64,000 nucleotides of DNA. Origin: an uncultured Phycisphaerales bacterium. Its GTDB lineage: Bacteria > Planctomycetota > Phycisphaerae > Tepidisphaerales > Tepidisphaeraceae. The number at the start of each line of letters is the position of its first letter. Within the stretch, counting starts at the first letter, position 1. Below the pieces are notes generated by a model. The model saw only the letters and a program-made list of their open reading frames with translations. It made no database searches and had not been told where the DNA came from. Positions 29,935-41,647 of the stretch are shown here, piece after piece. The stretch covers positions 1,024,001 to 1,088,000 of the forward strand of contig CAVWLP010000002.1 in NCBI GenBank assembly GCA_963755915.1, read 5' to 3'. Made by a program: the position numbers and the translations under genes.

Positions 29935-32865
29935 TTACGCAATCTTCTGCCGCGTCTCCCGCCGCTCTTCACCCAGCTTCGGCCCCAAATACTCCCCCGT
30001 ATAACTCCCTCTCACCTGCGCCACCTCTTCCGGCGTCCCCGCCGCCACCACTCGCCCGCCCCCCTCGCCCCCTTCCGGACCCATATCAATAATCCAATCC
30101 GCGCACTTAATCACATCCAAATTATGCTCGATCACCAGCACCGTATTCCCCAAATCCGCCAGCCGATTCAGCACGTTCAAAAGATTATTGAATATCCGCA
30201 AAATGCAACCCCGTCGTCGGCTCATCCAGCACATAAAGCGTATGCCCCGTCGCCGATTTCCCCAGCTCCGTCGCCAGCTTCACCCGCTGCGCCTCCCCGC
30301 CGGATAAGTTGCGTGCTCGGCTGCCCCAGCTTCACATAACTGAGCCCCACATCATTCAGTGCCTTCAGCAAGCTGCGCAATCCGCGGAAAATTCTCAAAG
30401 AAAACCAGCGCCTCCTCCACCGTCATGCTCAGCACATCCGCGATGTTCTTCCCCCGGTAATGAATCTCCAGCGTCTCCGCGTTGTACCGCGTCCCATGGC
30501 ACACTTCGCAATCCACATAAACATCCGGCAAAAAATGCATCTCGATGCACTTGTTCCCCTGCCCCTGGCAGGCTTCGCACCGCCCACCCTTCACGTTAAA
30601 GCTGAACCGCCCCGCTTCATACCCCCGAATCTTCGCTTCCCGCGTCTTCGCAAAAACCTTGCGAATATCGTCGAACACGCCGGTATACGTCGCCGGATTC
30701 GATCGCGGCGTCCGCCCGATCGGGCTCTGATCAATCTCAATCACCTTGTCGATCTTATTGACCCCATTCACCGCCTTATGCACCCCCGCCTTCACCTTCG
30801 AAGCATAAAGCTTCCGCTTAAGCACCGGCAAAAGCGTCTGATTCACCAGCGTCGATTTCCCCGACCCGCTCACCCCCGTCACGCAAACCAGCCCCCCCAG
30901 CGGAATCCGCACGTCGATATCCTTGAGATTGTTCTGCCGGCACCCCCGCAGCTCCAGCGCATTCTTATCCGGATTCACCGGCCGCCGCGCCTGCGGCGTC
31001 ACGATCGCATATTCCCCCGTCAGATATTTAATCGTCGTACTATGCGTATTCTCCAAAACATCCGGCATCGGCCCCTGCGCACACCACCTGCCCCCCATGC
31101 GCCCCGCCGCCGGCCCGATATCGATCAGATAATCCGCCGCCCGGATGCACTCCTCATCATGCTCCACCATCATGACCGTATTCCCGATATCCTGCAGCCG
31201 TCTCAGTGTCCGAATCAGCCGCGTGTTATCGCGCTGATGCAGCCCGATCGTCGGCTCATCGAGCACATAACACACCCCACCAGCCCGCTCCCCACCTGCG
31301 TCGCCAGCCGGATGCGCTGCGCCTCGCCGCCAGAAAGCGTCGCCGTCTTTCGATCCAGCGTCAGATAGCCCAGCCCCACATCCACCATGAACCCCAGCCG
31401 CGACGAAATCTCCCGCACGATCGGCTCCGCGATCGCCGCCCCTTCTTCGCTCAAGCGCAGATTCTCAAAAAACCGCTTCGCCGTCTCGACGGTCAAACTC
31501 GAAACATCATGAATGCTATACCCCGGCAGCTTAATCCCCTCCGCCCCCGGCAGCGGCGCCGCCACCGGCCCAGGCGTATCACTGTGCAACCGCACCGCCA
31601 GCGCTTCCTTCTTCAGCCTCGTCCCCCCGCAAACCTCGCACGGCTGCTCTGACATATATTGATGCAGCCGCGTCTTCACAAACTCGCTCTCGGTATTATC
31701 AAACCGCCTCTGCAAATTCGGCAGCACCCCCTCAAACCACGTCCCCGTCCCTCCATCCCCGCGCTTCTCCGTCCCCTCCATCAAAATCTGCTGAACCTTC
31801 TTCGGAATGTCCTTGAACGGCTGCGTATACGAAATCCCAAAATCCCGGCAAAATTGCCGCAGCACCCGGCTGTAAAAAATATTCATCCGCTTGCCGTTTT
31901 TCCGCCACGCCTCAATCGCCCCGTTCTCCAGCGACAGCGACTGGATCGGGAACGATCAGCTCCGGATCAAACTCGAACTTCGTCCCCAGCCCATGACACG
32001 CCAAACACGCCCCATGCGGACTGTTAAAGCTGAATATCCGCGGCTCCAATTCCGGCAGCGATACATGCGGATGATCCGGACACGCAAATTTCTCGCTGAA
32101 CGTCTGGTCCGACCACCCCTCCCCCTCCTTCTGCACCGTCACCACAACCAACCCCTGCGAAAGCTTCAGCGCCGTCTCAATGCTGTCCGCCAGCCGCGAC
32201 CGAACCTCCGGCTTCAGCACGATCCGATCGACAATCGCCTCAATGGTATGAACCTTCGTCTTCGTCAGCGCCGGCGGCTTCATTTCCCGCCAGTTCCAGA
32301 ATCTCCCCATCCACCCGCGCTCGCACAAACCCCTGCTTGCTTAATCGCCCCAAACGTCTCCTTGTGTTCCCCCTTCTGCCCCTTGATCAGCGGCGACAGG
32401 ATCATCACCTTCGTCCCGGCCGGATACTTCATGACCGCATCCGACAATCTGCGACGGCGACTGACTCGCGATCTCCCTCCCGCAAATCCAGCAATGCGGC
32501 GTCCCCGCCCGCGCCAGCAGCACCCGCAAATAATCATAAATCTCCGTCGTCGTCGCGACGATACTCCGCGGATTCGAAGAAGCCGACCTCTGCTCAATCG
32601 CAATCGTCGGCGGCAACCCCTCGATCTCATCAATATCCGGCTTCTGAAGCTGCTCCAGAAACTGCCGCGCATATGCCGACAGCGACTCCACATATTTCCT
32701 CTGCCCCTCCGCATAAACCGTATCAAACGCCAGCGTCGATTTCCCCGACCCGCTCAGCCCCGTGACGACCACGAGCTGATCGCGCGGAATCTCCACGTTG
32801 ATATTCTTAAGATTGTGCTCGCGCGCTCCCTTGATCCGAATGAACTTTTGTTCTGCGTTAGCCAA
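29935..32865 (-). CDS. uvrA: Excinuclease ABC subunit A (several frameshifts)
   Basis: [62 protein letters not shown] motifs, spread over successive frames. Confidence 0.95.
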
Positions 32866-33076
32866 AGTTAAGCCGGAATTCGAACGGGTCATTGTAGGAG
32901 AGCAATCGCAGCCGGGCAAAGCGGGCAGCGGGGTGCTTCAAAGCTCGCGGGTCTGACATTCTTTTGCAGTCGCTCGCCATCTTTTTCCCTCCCCTGGCAC
33001 TCCGGGGGAGGGCCGGGGTGGGGGCTCCTTTGTTCTGCTGTCTACTTTCTACTGTTCCTCTCTCGCGCAGCGCCGC

Positions 33077-33104
33077 TTGCCATCCCCTTCCCCATCGCTA
33101 CAAT
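33077..33104 (+). promoter_or_regulatory. Putative sigma70 promoter of rpsR
   Basis: TTGCCA-N16-TACAAT, 36 bp upstream of the ATG. Confidence 0.5.
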
Positions 33105-33140
33105 TCTCCACCCTTGATTTAACTGAACACGGAGCCATTA

Positions 33141-33413
33141 ATGCCCAGAGAAAAGCCCGAACGCCGCGAAAAATCTGAAAAGTTCCAGACCTTTTCCCGC
33201 CCCAAGATAAAGATCGCCCGCACCAGCGCCGCCGGAAAGGTTTACATCGACTACAAGGACACCGAATCCCTCCGCAAGATGGTCAGCGGCAACGGCAAAA
33301 TCCTCGCCCGCAAACGCACCGGCGCCAGCGCCATGGAACAGCGCATGATCGCCCGCGCCGTCAAACGCGCCCGCTACATCGCCCTGTTGCCCTACGTCAC
33401 CACAAGCTTCTAA
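33141..33413 (+). CDS. rpsR: 30S ribosomal protein S18 (no Zn-ligand cysteines)
   Basis: IDYKD, GKILARKRTG, QRMIARAVKRARYIALLPY motifs. Confidence 0.95.
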   Translation: MPREKPERREKSEKFQTFSRPKIKIARTSAAGKVYIDYKDTESLRKMVSGNGKILARKRTGASAMEQRMIARAVKRARYIALLPYVTTSF

Positions 33414-33519
33414 TCGCATTTATCTCCGAGGGTCGCGAAAAGCCGCGCGAAAGATCCCCGAATCCCCACCACCCTCCCATAACAAAGCCGTGGGTGCTTG
33501 CACCCACGGGAACCAAGCC

Positions 33520-33632
33520 CCCAAAGCCGTCCCGAACGTCACCAGGGGAGCCGTGTGCCCTCGCAGCGGAACCGCGTGTTACATTCGAGCCACCGCCACT
33601 TCTCGTCACCAAAACCGTAACCGAAAATACTC
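33520..33632 (+). repeat. Repeat family A, copy 3 (empty; core ACA)
   Basis: Aligns to copy 1; preceded by a CCGTGGGTGC-TT-GCACCCACGG hairpin (33488-33509). Confidence 0.9.
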
Positions 33633-33755
33633 TTTATCCTCTTCCCCCCGAAACCCCCTTACCAAAAGAAGATTTAGGCAAGAATGAAAATACCAATCTC
33701 CCCGTCCTTTAATCCCCTTGTCCCCATCCCCCCCGACCCGTAGCATCTCGCCAAT

Positions 33756-34817
33756 ATGCCCAACGGTCCCTGGAAAATCGCCATCATCGGCACCGGCGTC
33801 GTCGGCGAAGTCCATCTCCGTTCCCTCCAGAAAGTCCCCAACTGCCAGGTCGTCGCCGTCTGCGACATCGAAGGCCCAAAGGCCAAAAAAGTCATCACTC
33901 AAACCAGCACCGATGTCCCCATCTTCACCAACCTGACGGAGATGCTCAAAACCCAAAAGCTCGACTCCGTCCACGTCTGCACCCCCTCCGGCGAGCACCA
34001 AGGCCCCGCCATCGCCGCCATGCAGCACGGCAAAAACGTCCTCGTCGAAAAGCCGATGGAAATCCTCCCCGACCGCGTCGATGAAATGATCGACGCCGCC
34101 AAAAAGCACGGCGTCCGCCTCGCCGGCATCTTCCAGAACCGCTGGAACGAAGCCAACATCGTCCTCCGCGACGCCGTCAAACAAAACCGCTTCGGACGCC
34201 TCGCCTGGGCCGGAATCTTCACCCCCTGGTATCGCAGCGACGAATACTACGCCACCGCCGGCTGGCGCGGCACCTGGAAGCTCGACGGCGGCGGCGCCGT
34301 CATGAACCAGGGCGTTCACCAGGTCGATCTCGCCCAATGGATCATCGGCCCCATCAAAACCGTCACCGCCTTCGCCTCCAGCCGAATCCACCCGCAAATC
34401 GAAGTCGAAGACACCCTGACTTGTGCTTTACAATTCGAAAACGGCGCCTACGGAACCTTTGTCTCCACCACCGCCATGTGGCCCGGCGGACCCGTCCGCA
34501 TCGAAATCGGCGGCGAGTTCGGCTCCGCCATCAGCGAAAACGGCCTCAAACGATTCGAATTCAAAGACCCCCAACCCACCGATCAGGACCTCCTCAACCG
34601 TCTCGACCCCACCCGAGCCCAAAACTCCGGCGGCGGCAAAGCCGCCACCGACATCGGCCTCGACCTCCACGGCAAAAACATGCACCACGTCTACGAATCC
34701 TGGTCCAAAAACCAGGACGCCGAAACCGCCGGCCCCGAAGCCCGCAAAGCCGTCGCCATCATCCAGGCCATGTATGAAAGCGTCCGCAAAAACGGCGCGC
34801 CAGTCGATGTGAAATAA
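33756..34817 (+). CDS. Gfo/Idh/MocA oxidoreductase
   Basis: IIGTGVVG, VLVEKP, WRGTWKLDGGG, NQGVH motifs. Confidence 0.95.
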   Translation: MPNGPWKIAIIGTGVVGEVHLRSLQKVPNCQVVAVCDIEGPKAKKVITQTSTDVPIFTNLTEMLKTQKLDSVHVCTPSGEHQGPAIAAMQHGKNVLVEKPMEILPDRVDEMIDAAKKHGVRLAGIFQNRWNEANIVLRDAVKQNRFGRLAWAGIFTPWYRSDEYYATAGWRGTWKLDGGGAVMNQGVHQVDLAQWIIGPIKTVTAFASSRIHPQIEVEDTLTCALQFENGAYGTFVSTTAMWPGGPVRIEIGGEFGSAISENGLKRFEFKDPQPTDQDLLNRLDPTRAQNSGGGKAATDIGLDLHGKNMHHVYESWSKNQDAETAGPEARKAVAIIQAMYESVRKNGAPVDVK

Positions 34818-34859
34818 TTGTTTAGCCGCGACCCGAAGGGGAGCGCGTTCGCACAACGT

Positions 34860-35555
34860 CTAAAACGCCTCAACGCGCTTCGTCCACTTCCTCGCCACCG
34901 CGATCGTCCCCAGCCCAATCAGCGCAACCAGGATCTGCCCCGCCGCCGCCGGCAGCGGCACCGCCGACCCGCCGATCGGAGTCACCGGTGGTGGAATCAC
35001 CGCTTGTGAAAACGTCACGTCAAACACATCTCCACCATTAGTCGTATCGCTGAACGGCCCCATCGTATATGCCGCCGCCTGGTTCTCCATCTCATGCTGG
35101 AAGTAACTCGAGGGCCCCGTGATCTGCGTTGGACTTTCCGTGCTGTCGAACTGGAATCCCGATATCGATTGCCCTGCGTGCAGCAGGCTCCCGCTCCCGG
35201 CCACCCATTGAATCGACGTTCCATCCGTCGAGTTGTCGGCTCCAGTCAGTTTCTCCGTCCAACCCGCCGGCGACGTCACATCCGTCGGCACCGCCTCCAT
35301 ATATTCCTGCCCCGGCGCCCACGAAAACCAGAACGTCCCAACCGTCGTGTCCGCGTTGTCCGCTCCCGATTCATTGAACAGCGTAATCGCATATTGCCAT
35401 TCGCCTCCACCCAGGTTGGTTGGCTTTAAAATTCCCGCCGCCACTTCCATCGTCGCGCCGCGCGCTAATGAAGAACCCCCCATCAACCCCGCCGCAACAA
35501 CCACCGCAAAACCCCCCATTCTCCGCAACATACCGATCATAAAACATCCTTTCAT
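34860..35555 (-). CDS. Exported protein with VPLPA/PEP-CTERM-like sorting signal
   Basis: Signal peptide; C-terminal AVPLPAAA + TM helix + RKWTKR. Start uncertain. Confidence 0.8.
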   Translation of the reverse strand: MKGCFMIGMLRRMGGFAVVVAAGLMGGSSLARGATMEVAAGILKPTNLGGGEWQYAITLFNESGADNADTTVGTFWFSWAPGQEYMEAVPTDVTSPAGWTEKLTGADNSTDGTSIQWVAGSGSLLHAGQSISGFQFDSTESPTQITGPSSYFQHEMENQAAAYTMGPFSDTTNGGDVFDVTFSQAVIPPPVTPIGGSAVPLPAAAGQILVALIGLGTIAVARKWTKRVEAF

Positions 35556-35730
35556 TTTGACTTCACCTCTAAGACCACTCCCCTCGCCCCCTTATTCCAA
35601 AAAAATCTTAAGGTTCGCCACCACCCCGCGCACGAGCGCTAAATCCCCGTATTGCAGCCGCGCTTAACTTCGGCGAGCTCAGTCGAGCCGCGCCGCGCGT
35701 TCCATGCCAATACGTGTAGGGTAAGCATTC

Positions 35731-35778
35731 ACTTACAAAACCTCAAAAAGTGTAACAAAACGTAACATTCTGTAACAT
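35731..35778 (-). repeat. AT-rich phased motif (GTAACA x3, 10-bp period) upstream of der
   Basis: GTAACA at 35752, 35762 and 35772; 39/48 identical to the reconstructed IS4 target region. Confidence 0.75.
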
Positions 35779-35789
35779 GCCCCCCTCCA

Positions 35790-37231
35790 ATGCCCTCCCT
35801 CCCCGTCATCGCCATCGTCGGCCGACCCAACGTCGGTAAGAGCTCCCTCCTCAACGCCCTCGCCCAAAAACGCATCAGCATCGTCGAAGACATGCCCGGC
35901 GTCACCCGCGACCGCGTCTCCTTCCCCCTCGAAATCGACGGCCGCTTCGTCGACCTCGTCGACACCGGTGGCTACGGCTTCGTCGACCCCAACAAGCTCA
36001 CTGAACACATCCAGCAGCAAATCGAAATCGCCATGACCCAGGCCTCCCTCGTCCTCTTCATCGTCGATTGCCAGGACGGCCTCACCGGTGGCGACGAAGA
36101 AATCGCTGCCATGCTCCGCAAACGCGGCGTCAAAACCCTCCTCGTCGCCAACAAAGCCGACGGCCCCAACGCCGACGTCGCCCTCGGCGATTTCGCCCGC
36201 CTCGGACTCGGCACCCCCATCGGTGTCTCCGCCCTCAACGAGCGAAACCTCGACCAGCTCCTCATCGCCATCAAAAAAAATATCGACCTCTCTAATGCCC
36301 CGACCGACCTCCCCAAACCCCAGATGATGCTCGCCATCGTCGGCAAGCGCAACGCCGGCAAGAGCACCCTCGTCAACGCCATCGCCCGCCTCTACGAAGG
36401 CGACCCCCAGCGCGTCATCGTCTCCGAAATCCCCGGCACCACCCGCGACAGCATCGACGTCCGCTTCGACAAGGACGGCAAAACCCTCATCGTCATCGAC
36501 ACCGCCGGCGTCCGCAAAAAACGCCGCATCGTCGCCAGCGACATCGAGTTCTACAGCTTCCACCGCGCCCAGCGCTCCATCCGCCGCGCCGATGTGCATC
36601 GTCATGCTCATCGACGGCACCGAGCCCGTCTCCGAGCCCGACAAAAAGCTCGCCCGGTACATCGCCGACCAGTTCAAGCCCGTCATCCTCGCCATCAACA
36701 AGTGGGACCTCACCCGCGAAAAACTCCGCGAAACCCGCAAGGAATTTGCCGACGGCAGAATCGACGAAGACCGCAATCATGCAGGAATTCCGCGAGTACC
36801 TCGATGAGGTACTCCAGAACCTCAACTACGCCCCCATCGCCTTCATCACCGCCAAGGACGGCAAAAACATCCAGACGATCCTCGACGAATCCCAGCACCT
36901 CTTTAAACAAACCACCACCCGCCTGACCACCGGCCAGCTCAATCGCGTCGTCCGCCAGATCCTCGAGGAAAAAAACCCCAGCACCCCCAGCGGCCGCAAG
37001 GCCAGAATCTATTACGCCACCCAAACCGCCGTCGCCCCCCCAACGATTGTCCTTTTCGTCAACAACCCCAAATTCCTCGACGAAGCCTACCGCCGCTTCA
37101 TGATCAACCGCCTCCGCGAATTGCTCCCCTATCCCGAAGTCCCCATCCGCCTCTTAGTCCGCGGCCGCGAAGCCCGCACCGCAGGCCCCTCCCTCGATGA
37201 AGCCTCCGACGAACAAATCGATCAGGAATAA
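35790..37231 (+). CDS. der: Ribosome biogenesis GTPase Der/EngA (two frameshifts)
   Basis: Two G-domains (GRPNVGKS, DTGG, NKAD; GKRNAGKS, DTAG, NKWD) plus KH-like YATQ...PPT. Confidence 0.95.
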
Positions 37232-37411
37232 AAACCCCAATCTGAAATCTCAAATCTCAAATCCGATCTCCCCGTGTAGCCGCCGGGCTTGCCCGGCGCA
37301 GTCCCCCGTTTAGCAGCGACCCGAAGGGAAGCGCTCTGTATCCGAAATCTGAAATCGGCATTTGTCATTCCTCAATAGTCAACTCCCATCCCCCCCGGTT
37401 ATGATTCCCCC

Positions 37412-37975
37412 ATGCCCCACTACTCCACCCCCGAACTCATCATCTTCGCCTTCGCCGGCGCAGCCCTCCTCCTGATCGGCTATCGCGTCGGCCGCTGGAT
37501 CGGCACCCTCTCCGCCCTCAAGCAGCTCGACGTCAAAGACAAGGAACATTTCACCGCCCAGCGCGGCTTCAAGCAGCTCTACGAATCCGAAACCGCCCAG
37601 CTCAAAGACCAGAACGCCAACCTCATCGCCGAGGTCGAATCCCTCAAAACCCGCGTCGAAGAATACCGCAAAAAAGCCGCCGGCCTCGGCGGCCTCTTCT
37701 CCTCCGGCGGAAAACGCGCCGACGCCATGTACGCCCTCCTCTTAGAAAACGAAGCCCTCGAAGACGCCCTCTATTCCCAAAACGAAAAACTAAAACAGGA
37801 GCGCACCGACTTCCTCAAAGAACAGCTCCGCGCCACCGGCTATCGCCGCGTCCTCATGAGTCAATTACTCAACGACGAGCGCATCAAAGGCTACGTCGCC
37901 GAAGTCCTCGCCGACGACAAACGCCTCCCGCCCCCCTCGGAAGCGAATCATTCCGAAACAAGCCCCACCCGCTGA
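37412..37975 (+). CDS. Membrane-anchored coiled-coil hypothetical protein
   Basis: N-terminal TM helix, heptad pattern, host-like codon usage. Confidence 0.8.
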   Translation: MPHYSTPELIIFAFAGAALLLIGYRVGRWIGTLSALKQLDVKDKEHFTAQRGFKQLYESETAQLKDQNANLIAEVESLKTRVEEYRKKAAGLGGLFSSGGKRADAMYALLLENEALEDALYSQNEKLKQERTDFLKEQLRATGYRRVLMSQLLNDERIKGYVAEVLADDKRLPPPSEANHSETSPTR

Positions 37976-38040
37976 CCCAATGCGATCACCAAAAACCCCT
38001 CCCCGTTTAGCCGCAACCCCGCAGGGGTGCGCGTTCCGCC

Positions 38041-38256
38041 TCATCGCTCAACCCGATCCAAGCCGCTGATCGATCGCTTCCGGTAATTCCGCCGCAAAAA
38101 ATGCGCATACCCCACCGGATTCTGCCGCATCACCTCAAACGCCGCCTTCTGCATCTCCCGCATCTCGCGCATGCGCTGCTCCGGCGTCTTCGCCCACGCC
38201 AGCTTCCGCCGATAGCTGTCCCTGATCGCGAGTTGTCGCTCGATTTCTTTGTCCAT
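38041..38256 (-). CDS. Small hypothetical protein
   Basis: WAKTPEQRMREM; protein-like ORF between a REP and the ABC genes. Confidence 0.55.
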   Translation of the reverse strand: MDKEIERQLAIRDSYRRKLAWAKTPEQRMREMREMQKAAFEVMRQNPVGYAHFLRRNYRKRSISGLDRVER

Positions 38257-38295
38257 TGATCCACGCTATTCTATCCCCATTCGAGCCCAATTTAA

Positions 38296-39334
38296 GTGAC
38301 CCCCACCTCCTACGCGATCAACCTCCAAAACGTAGTAAAAATATACCGCCGCCGCGTGCACGCCCTTCAGGGCGTCGCCATGCAGGTCCATCGCGGTGAA
38401 ATCTTCGGCCTCCTCGGCCCCAACGGCGCAGGCAAAAGCACCCTCGTCAAAATCATGGTCACCGTCGTCCGCCCGACGCGCGCCGAAGGAATAATCCTCG
38501 ACCGCCCCATCGGTCACAAAGGCACGCTATCGCGCATCGGCTATCTCCCCGAAAATCATCGCTTCCCGAAATATCTCACCGGCCGCCAGGTCATCGAATT
38601 CTTCTCCGCCCTCGCCAAAGTCCCGCGCCAACCACGCCGCGCACCGCGCATCCGAATTACTCCAGCTCGTCGGAATGACCGACTGGGCCGACACAAAAAT
38701 CTCGCAGTATTCCAAAGGCATGCTCCAGCGCATCGGCCTCGCCCAGGCGCTCGGGGCAAATCCCGATCTAGTTATCCTCGACGAGCCCACCGACGGCGTC
38801 GATCCCGCCGGCCGACGCGACATCCGTCAGGCTCTCCTCCACCTCCGCGAAAAAGGCGCCACCATCTTCATCAACAGCCACCTCCTCAGCGAGCTGGAAA
38901 CCGTCTGCGATCGCGTCGCCATCCTCGTCGGCGGAAAAGTCGCCACCCAGGGCTCCGTCGACGAGCTCACCATCGCCAAGCAGTGCTACCTCTTCGAGCT
39001 CGAAAATCCTGCCTGGGACGCCGTCCGCGCCGCCTTGCCGGGCGCTTTCGATTCCCCCACCCCTCCGATGCCCGGCCACCCAACTCCAGCCCACCTCCCC
39101 GACCAAACCTGGTGCGAATTCGACGGCTCAAATCTCCGCATCGGCAAAACCGAACCCGCCGAAGTCCAGCACATCCTCGACGCCCTCCGCCGCGCCGGCC
39201 TCATCGTCCGCCGCATGCAACTCGTTCGCCCCTCCCTCGAGGATCTCTTCTTCGAAGTCGTCACCGATCCCATCACCGGCCAGCGCGTCCTCCCCGGCGC
39301 CATGCCCCCCGCCTTTCCCATCATCCAGAAATGA
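38296..39334 (+). CDS. ABC transporter ATP-binding protein (frameshift near 38640)
   Basis: GPNGAGKST, YSKGMLQR, ILDEPT, NSH motifs. Confidence 0.93.
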
Positions 39335-40446
39335 TTCAAACCCTGGCCCTTATCCTCGACGCCTACCGCGACCTGAACTCCAGGCGAATGTTCTGGATCG
39401 TCCTGATCATCTCCACCCTCGTCGCCGCCTCCTTCGCCGGCATCGGCCTCACCCCCGCCGGCTTCGAAATCCTCTGGTGGAAAATCCCCTCCGTTTTCTT
39501 CAACAGCAACGACATCTCCCCCGCCGACTTCTACAAGACCGTCTTCCTCAACTACGGCATCGGCTTCTGGCTCACCTGGATCGCAACCATCCTCGCCCTC
39601 ATCTCCACCGCCAGCCTCTTCCCCGACTTCCTCGCCACCGGCGCCGTCGACCTCTATCTCTCCAAGCCCCTCGGCCGCCTCCGACTCTTTCTCACCAAAT
39701 ACTTCTGCGGCCTCCTCTTCGTCGCCCTCCAGATCGCCTGCTTCTGCGCCGCCAGTTTCCTCGTCATCGGCATCCGTGGCGGCGCCTGGGAACCTGGAAT
39801 CTTCCTCGCCGTCCCCATCGTCGTCCTCTTCTTCAGCTACCTCTATTGCTTCTGCGTCCTCGTCGGTGTCTGGTCTCGCTCCACAATTTCTGCGATCCTG
39901 CTGACCCTCCTCTTCTGGCTCTGCATTTTCGGCGTACACACCACTGAGGTAACCCTACTCACCCTGAAAATCGCCGATGACAATTCCGCCGCCAGGCTCG
40001 ATCGCCAGATCGACGCCACCCAAAACTCCCTTGCCGACGCCAAGCACGCCGCCGCCACCCTCCCCAGCGATCGCAACGCCCGCTACGTAAAAATGTATCA
40101 AAAAGAGCTGGATTCGCGCCAGGCCGAGCGAGCCAACGAGCACAACCCCTTCACCCGTCCTCACGAAATGTTCTACGAAGTGAAAACACTCTTACCCAAA
40201 ACCTCCGAAACCGTCGATCTCCTCCAGCGAATGCTCGTCCAGCGCGCCAACCTCCAGTCCGTCAACGACACCCGCGACGATTCCCCCCAGCAAACCGTAG
40301 ATTTCAACGGAAATCCCGTCGACCCCCGCGAAGTCCAAAAGCAAATGCGCAAGCGAACCGTCGGCTGGATCGTCGGAACCTCCGTAACCTTCGAGCTCGT
40401 CATCCTCACCCTCGCCGCCTGGATCTTCTGCCGCCGCGATTATTAG
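39331..40446 (+). CDS. ABC-2 type permease
   Basis: Multiple TM helices, LYLSKPLGR, C-terminal FCRRDY; ATGA overlap with the ATPase gene. Confidence 0.9.
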   Translation: MIQTLALILDAYRDLNSRRMFWIVLIISTLVAASFAGIGLTPAGFEILWWKIPSVFFNSNDISPADFYKTVFLNYGIGFWLTWIATILALISTASLFPDFLATGAVDLYLSKPLGRLRLFLTKYFCGLLFVALQIACFCAASFLVIGIRGGAWEPGIFLAVPIVVLFFSYLYCFCVLVGVWSRSTISAILLTLLFWLCIFGVHTTEVTLLTLKIADDNSAARLDRQIDATQNSLADAKHAAATLPSDRNARYVKMYQKELDSRQAERANEHNPFTRPHEMFYEVKTLLPKTSETVDLLQRMLVQRANLQSVNDTRDDSPQQTVDFNGNPVDPREVQKQMRKRTVGWIVGTSVTFELVILTLAAWIFCRRDY

Positions 40447-40503
40447 CCGGTCCCCTCGCTAGTTTAAAATCAGTTCCTATGCTCTTTCAGAAGGAGTTTT
40501 CCC

Positions 40504-41460
40504 ATGCCCAAAGTCCGCAAAGCCGTCATCACCGCCGCCGGCCGAGGCACCCGCCAATACCCCGCCTCCACCGCCGTCCAAAAAGAAATGTTCCCCCTCG
40601 TCGACCGCGACGGTCTCACCAAACCCATCATTCAAATCATCGGCGAAGAAGCCCTCGACTCCGGCATCGAAGAAATCTGCATCGTCACCCAGCCCGGCGA
40701 CGAAAAACAGTACCGCGAATATTTCCGCCGGCTCGACGACGACATGGTCAAAGCCTTCCGCGGCAAGGACTGGGCCATCGTCGAATCCGAAAAGCTCGGC
40801 CGCTTCGGCGAACGCCTCCGCTTCGCCGAGCAGCACAGCCCCGAAGGCTTCGGACACGCCGTCTACCAGGCCAAACATTTCGTCGGCGACGAACCCTTCC
40901 TCCTCCTCCTCGGCGACCACGTCTACATCAGCGACTCCAAAGACCGCTGCGCACGCCAACTTGTCTCCGTCTTCGAAAAAAATTCCCTCGACGCGATCAG
41001 CGCCGTCCAACCCACCCTCGAGCGCCTACTCCATTCCTTCGGCGTAATCCGCGGCCTCCCCCTCGAACCCGAAAAAGGAATCTATAAAGCCGACCTGATT
41101 CTGGAAAAACCCACGATTGAAACCGCCCGCAAGAGCCTGGTAACCCCCGGCCAGCCCGCCGGAAACTACCTCGCCCATTTCGGCATGCACGTCTTCTCCC
41201 CCCAAATATTCGATTCCCTCGAATACCTCATCAAAAACAATCTCAAGGAGAAAAACGAAATCCAGCTCACCTCCGCCCAGGAGCACATGCGCCAAAACAG
41301 CGAAAAATACTGGTGCCTCATCTCCTTCGGCCAGCGCTACGACACCGGAATCCCCTACGGCCTCATGGAAACCCAGTTAGCCCTCGCCCTCGGCGGCATC
41401 CACCGCTCCGAAATCTGCGAAGCCATCGCCCGAATCCTCGCCACCCAGGCGCGAAACTAA
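40504..41460 (+). CDS. Sugar-phosphate nucleotidyltransferase (GalU-like)
   Basis: KAVITAAGRGTRQYP, KEMFP, GFGHAV, LEKP, EIQLT motifs. Confidence 0.9.
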   Translation: MPKVRKAVITAAGRGTRQYPASTAVQKEMFPLVDRDGLTKPIIQIIGEEALDSGIEEICIVTQPGDEKQYREYFRRLDDDMVKAFRGKDWAIVESEKLGRFGERLRFAEQHSPEGFGHAVYQAKHFVGDEPFLLLLGDHVYISDSKDRCARQLVSVFEKNSLDAISAVQPTLERLLHSFGVIRGLPLEPEKGIYKADLILEKPTIETARKSLVTPGQPAGNYLAHFGMHVFSPQIFDSLEYLIKNNLKEKNEIQLTSAQEHMRQNSEKYWCLISFGQRYDTGIPYGLMETQLALALGGIHRSEICEAIARILATQARN

Positions 41461-41647
41461 CCCGAGCACCACAATTCGACGACGCCCTCTCTCCCCGTTT
41501 AGCCGCGACCCGCAGGGGAGCGCGTTTCGTGCACTACAAACATCCCAAACTCACGCAAAACCCCACTCTTACGCCCCCCATTTCTCCCCCCTCGCGTCTT
41601 GCCCCCGGAGGGCTATAATCCCCTGTTTCGATTGCGGAGTGCCTTAA

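Noticed and set aside
37238-37375. Short low-complexity repeats (AAATCT(C/G) heptamers; TTCGGCATT at 14298-14320)
   Set aside because: Only two to three degenerate units each and no associated gene; not supportable as a functional element.
38296-40446. 716-aa apparent ATPase-permease fusion ORF
   Set aside because: Artifact of the frameshift near 38640. The middle is out-of-frame Arg/Pro-rich sequence, and the separate genes overlap at ATGA (39331).
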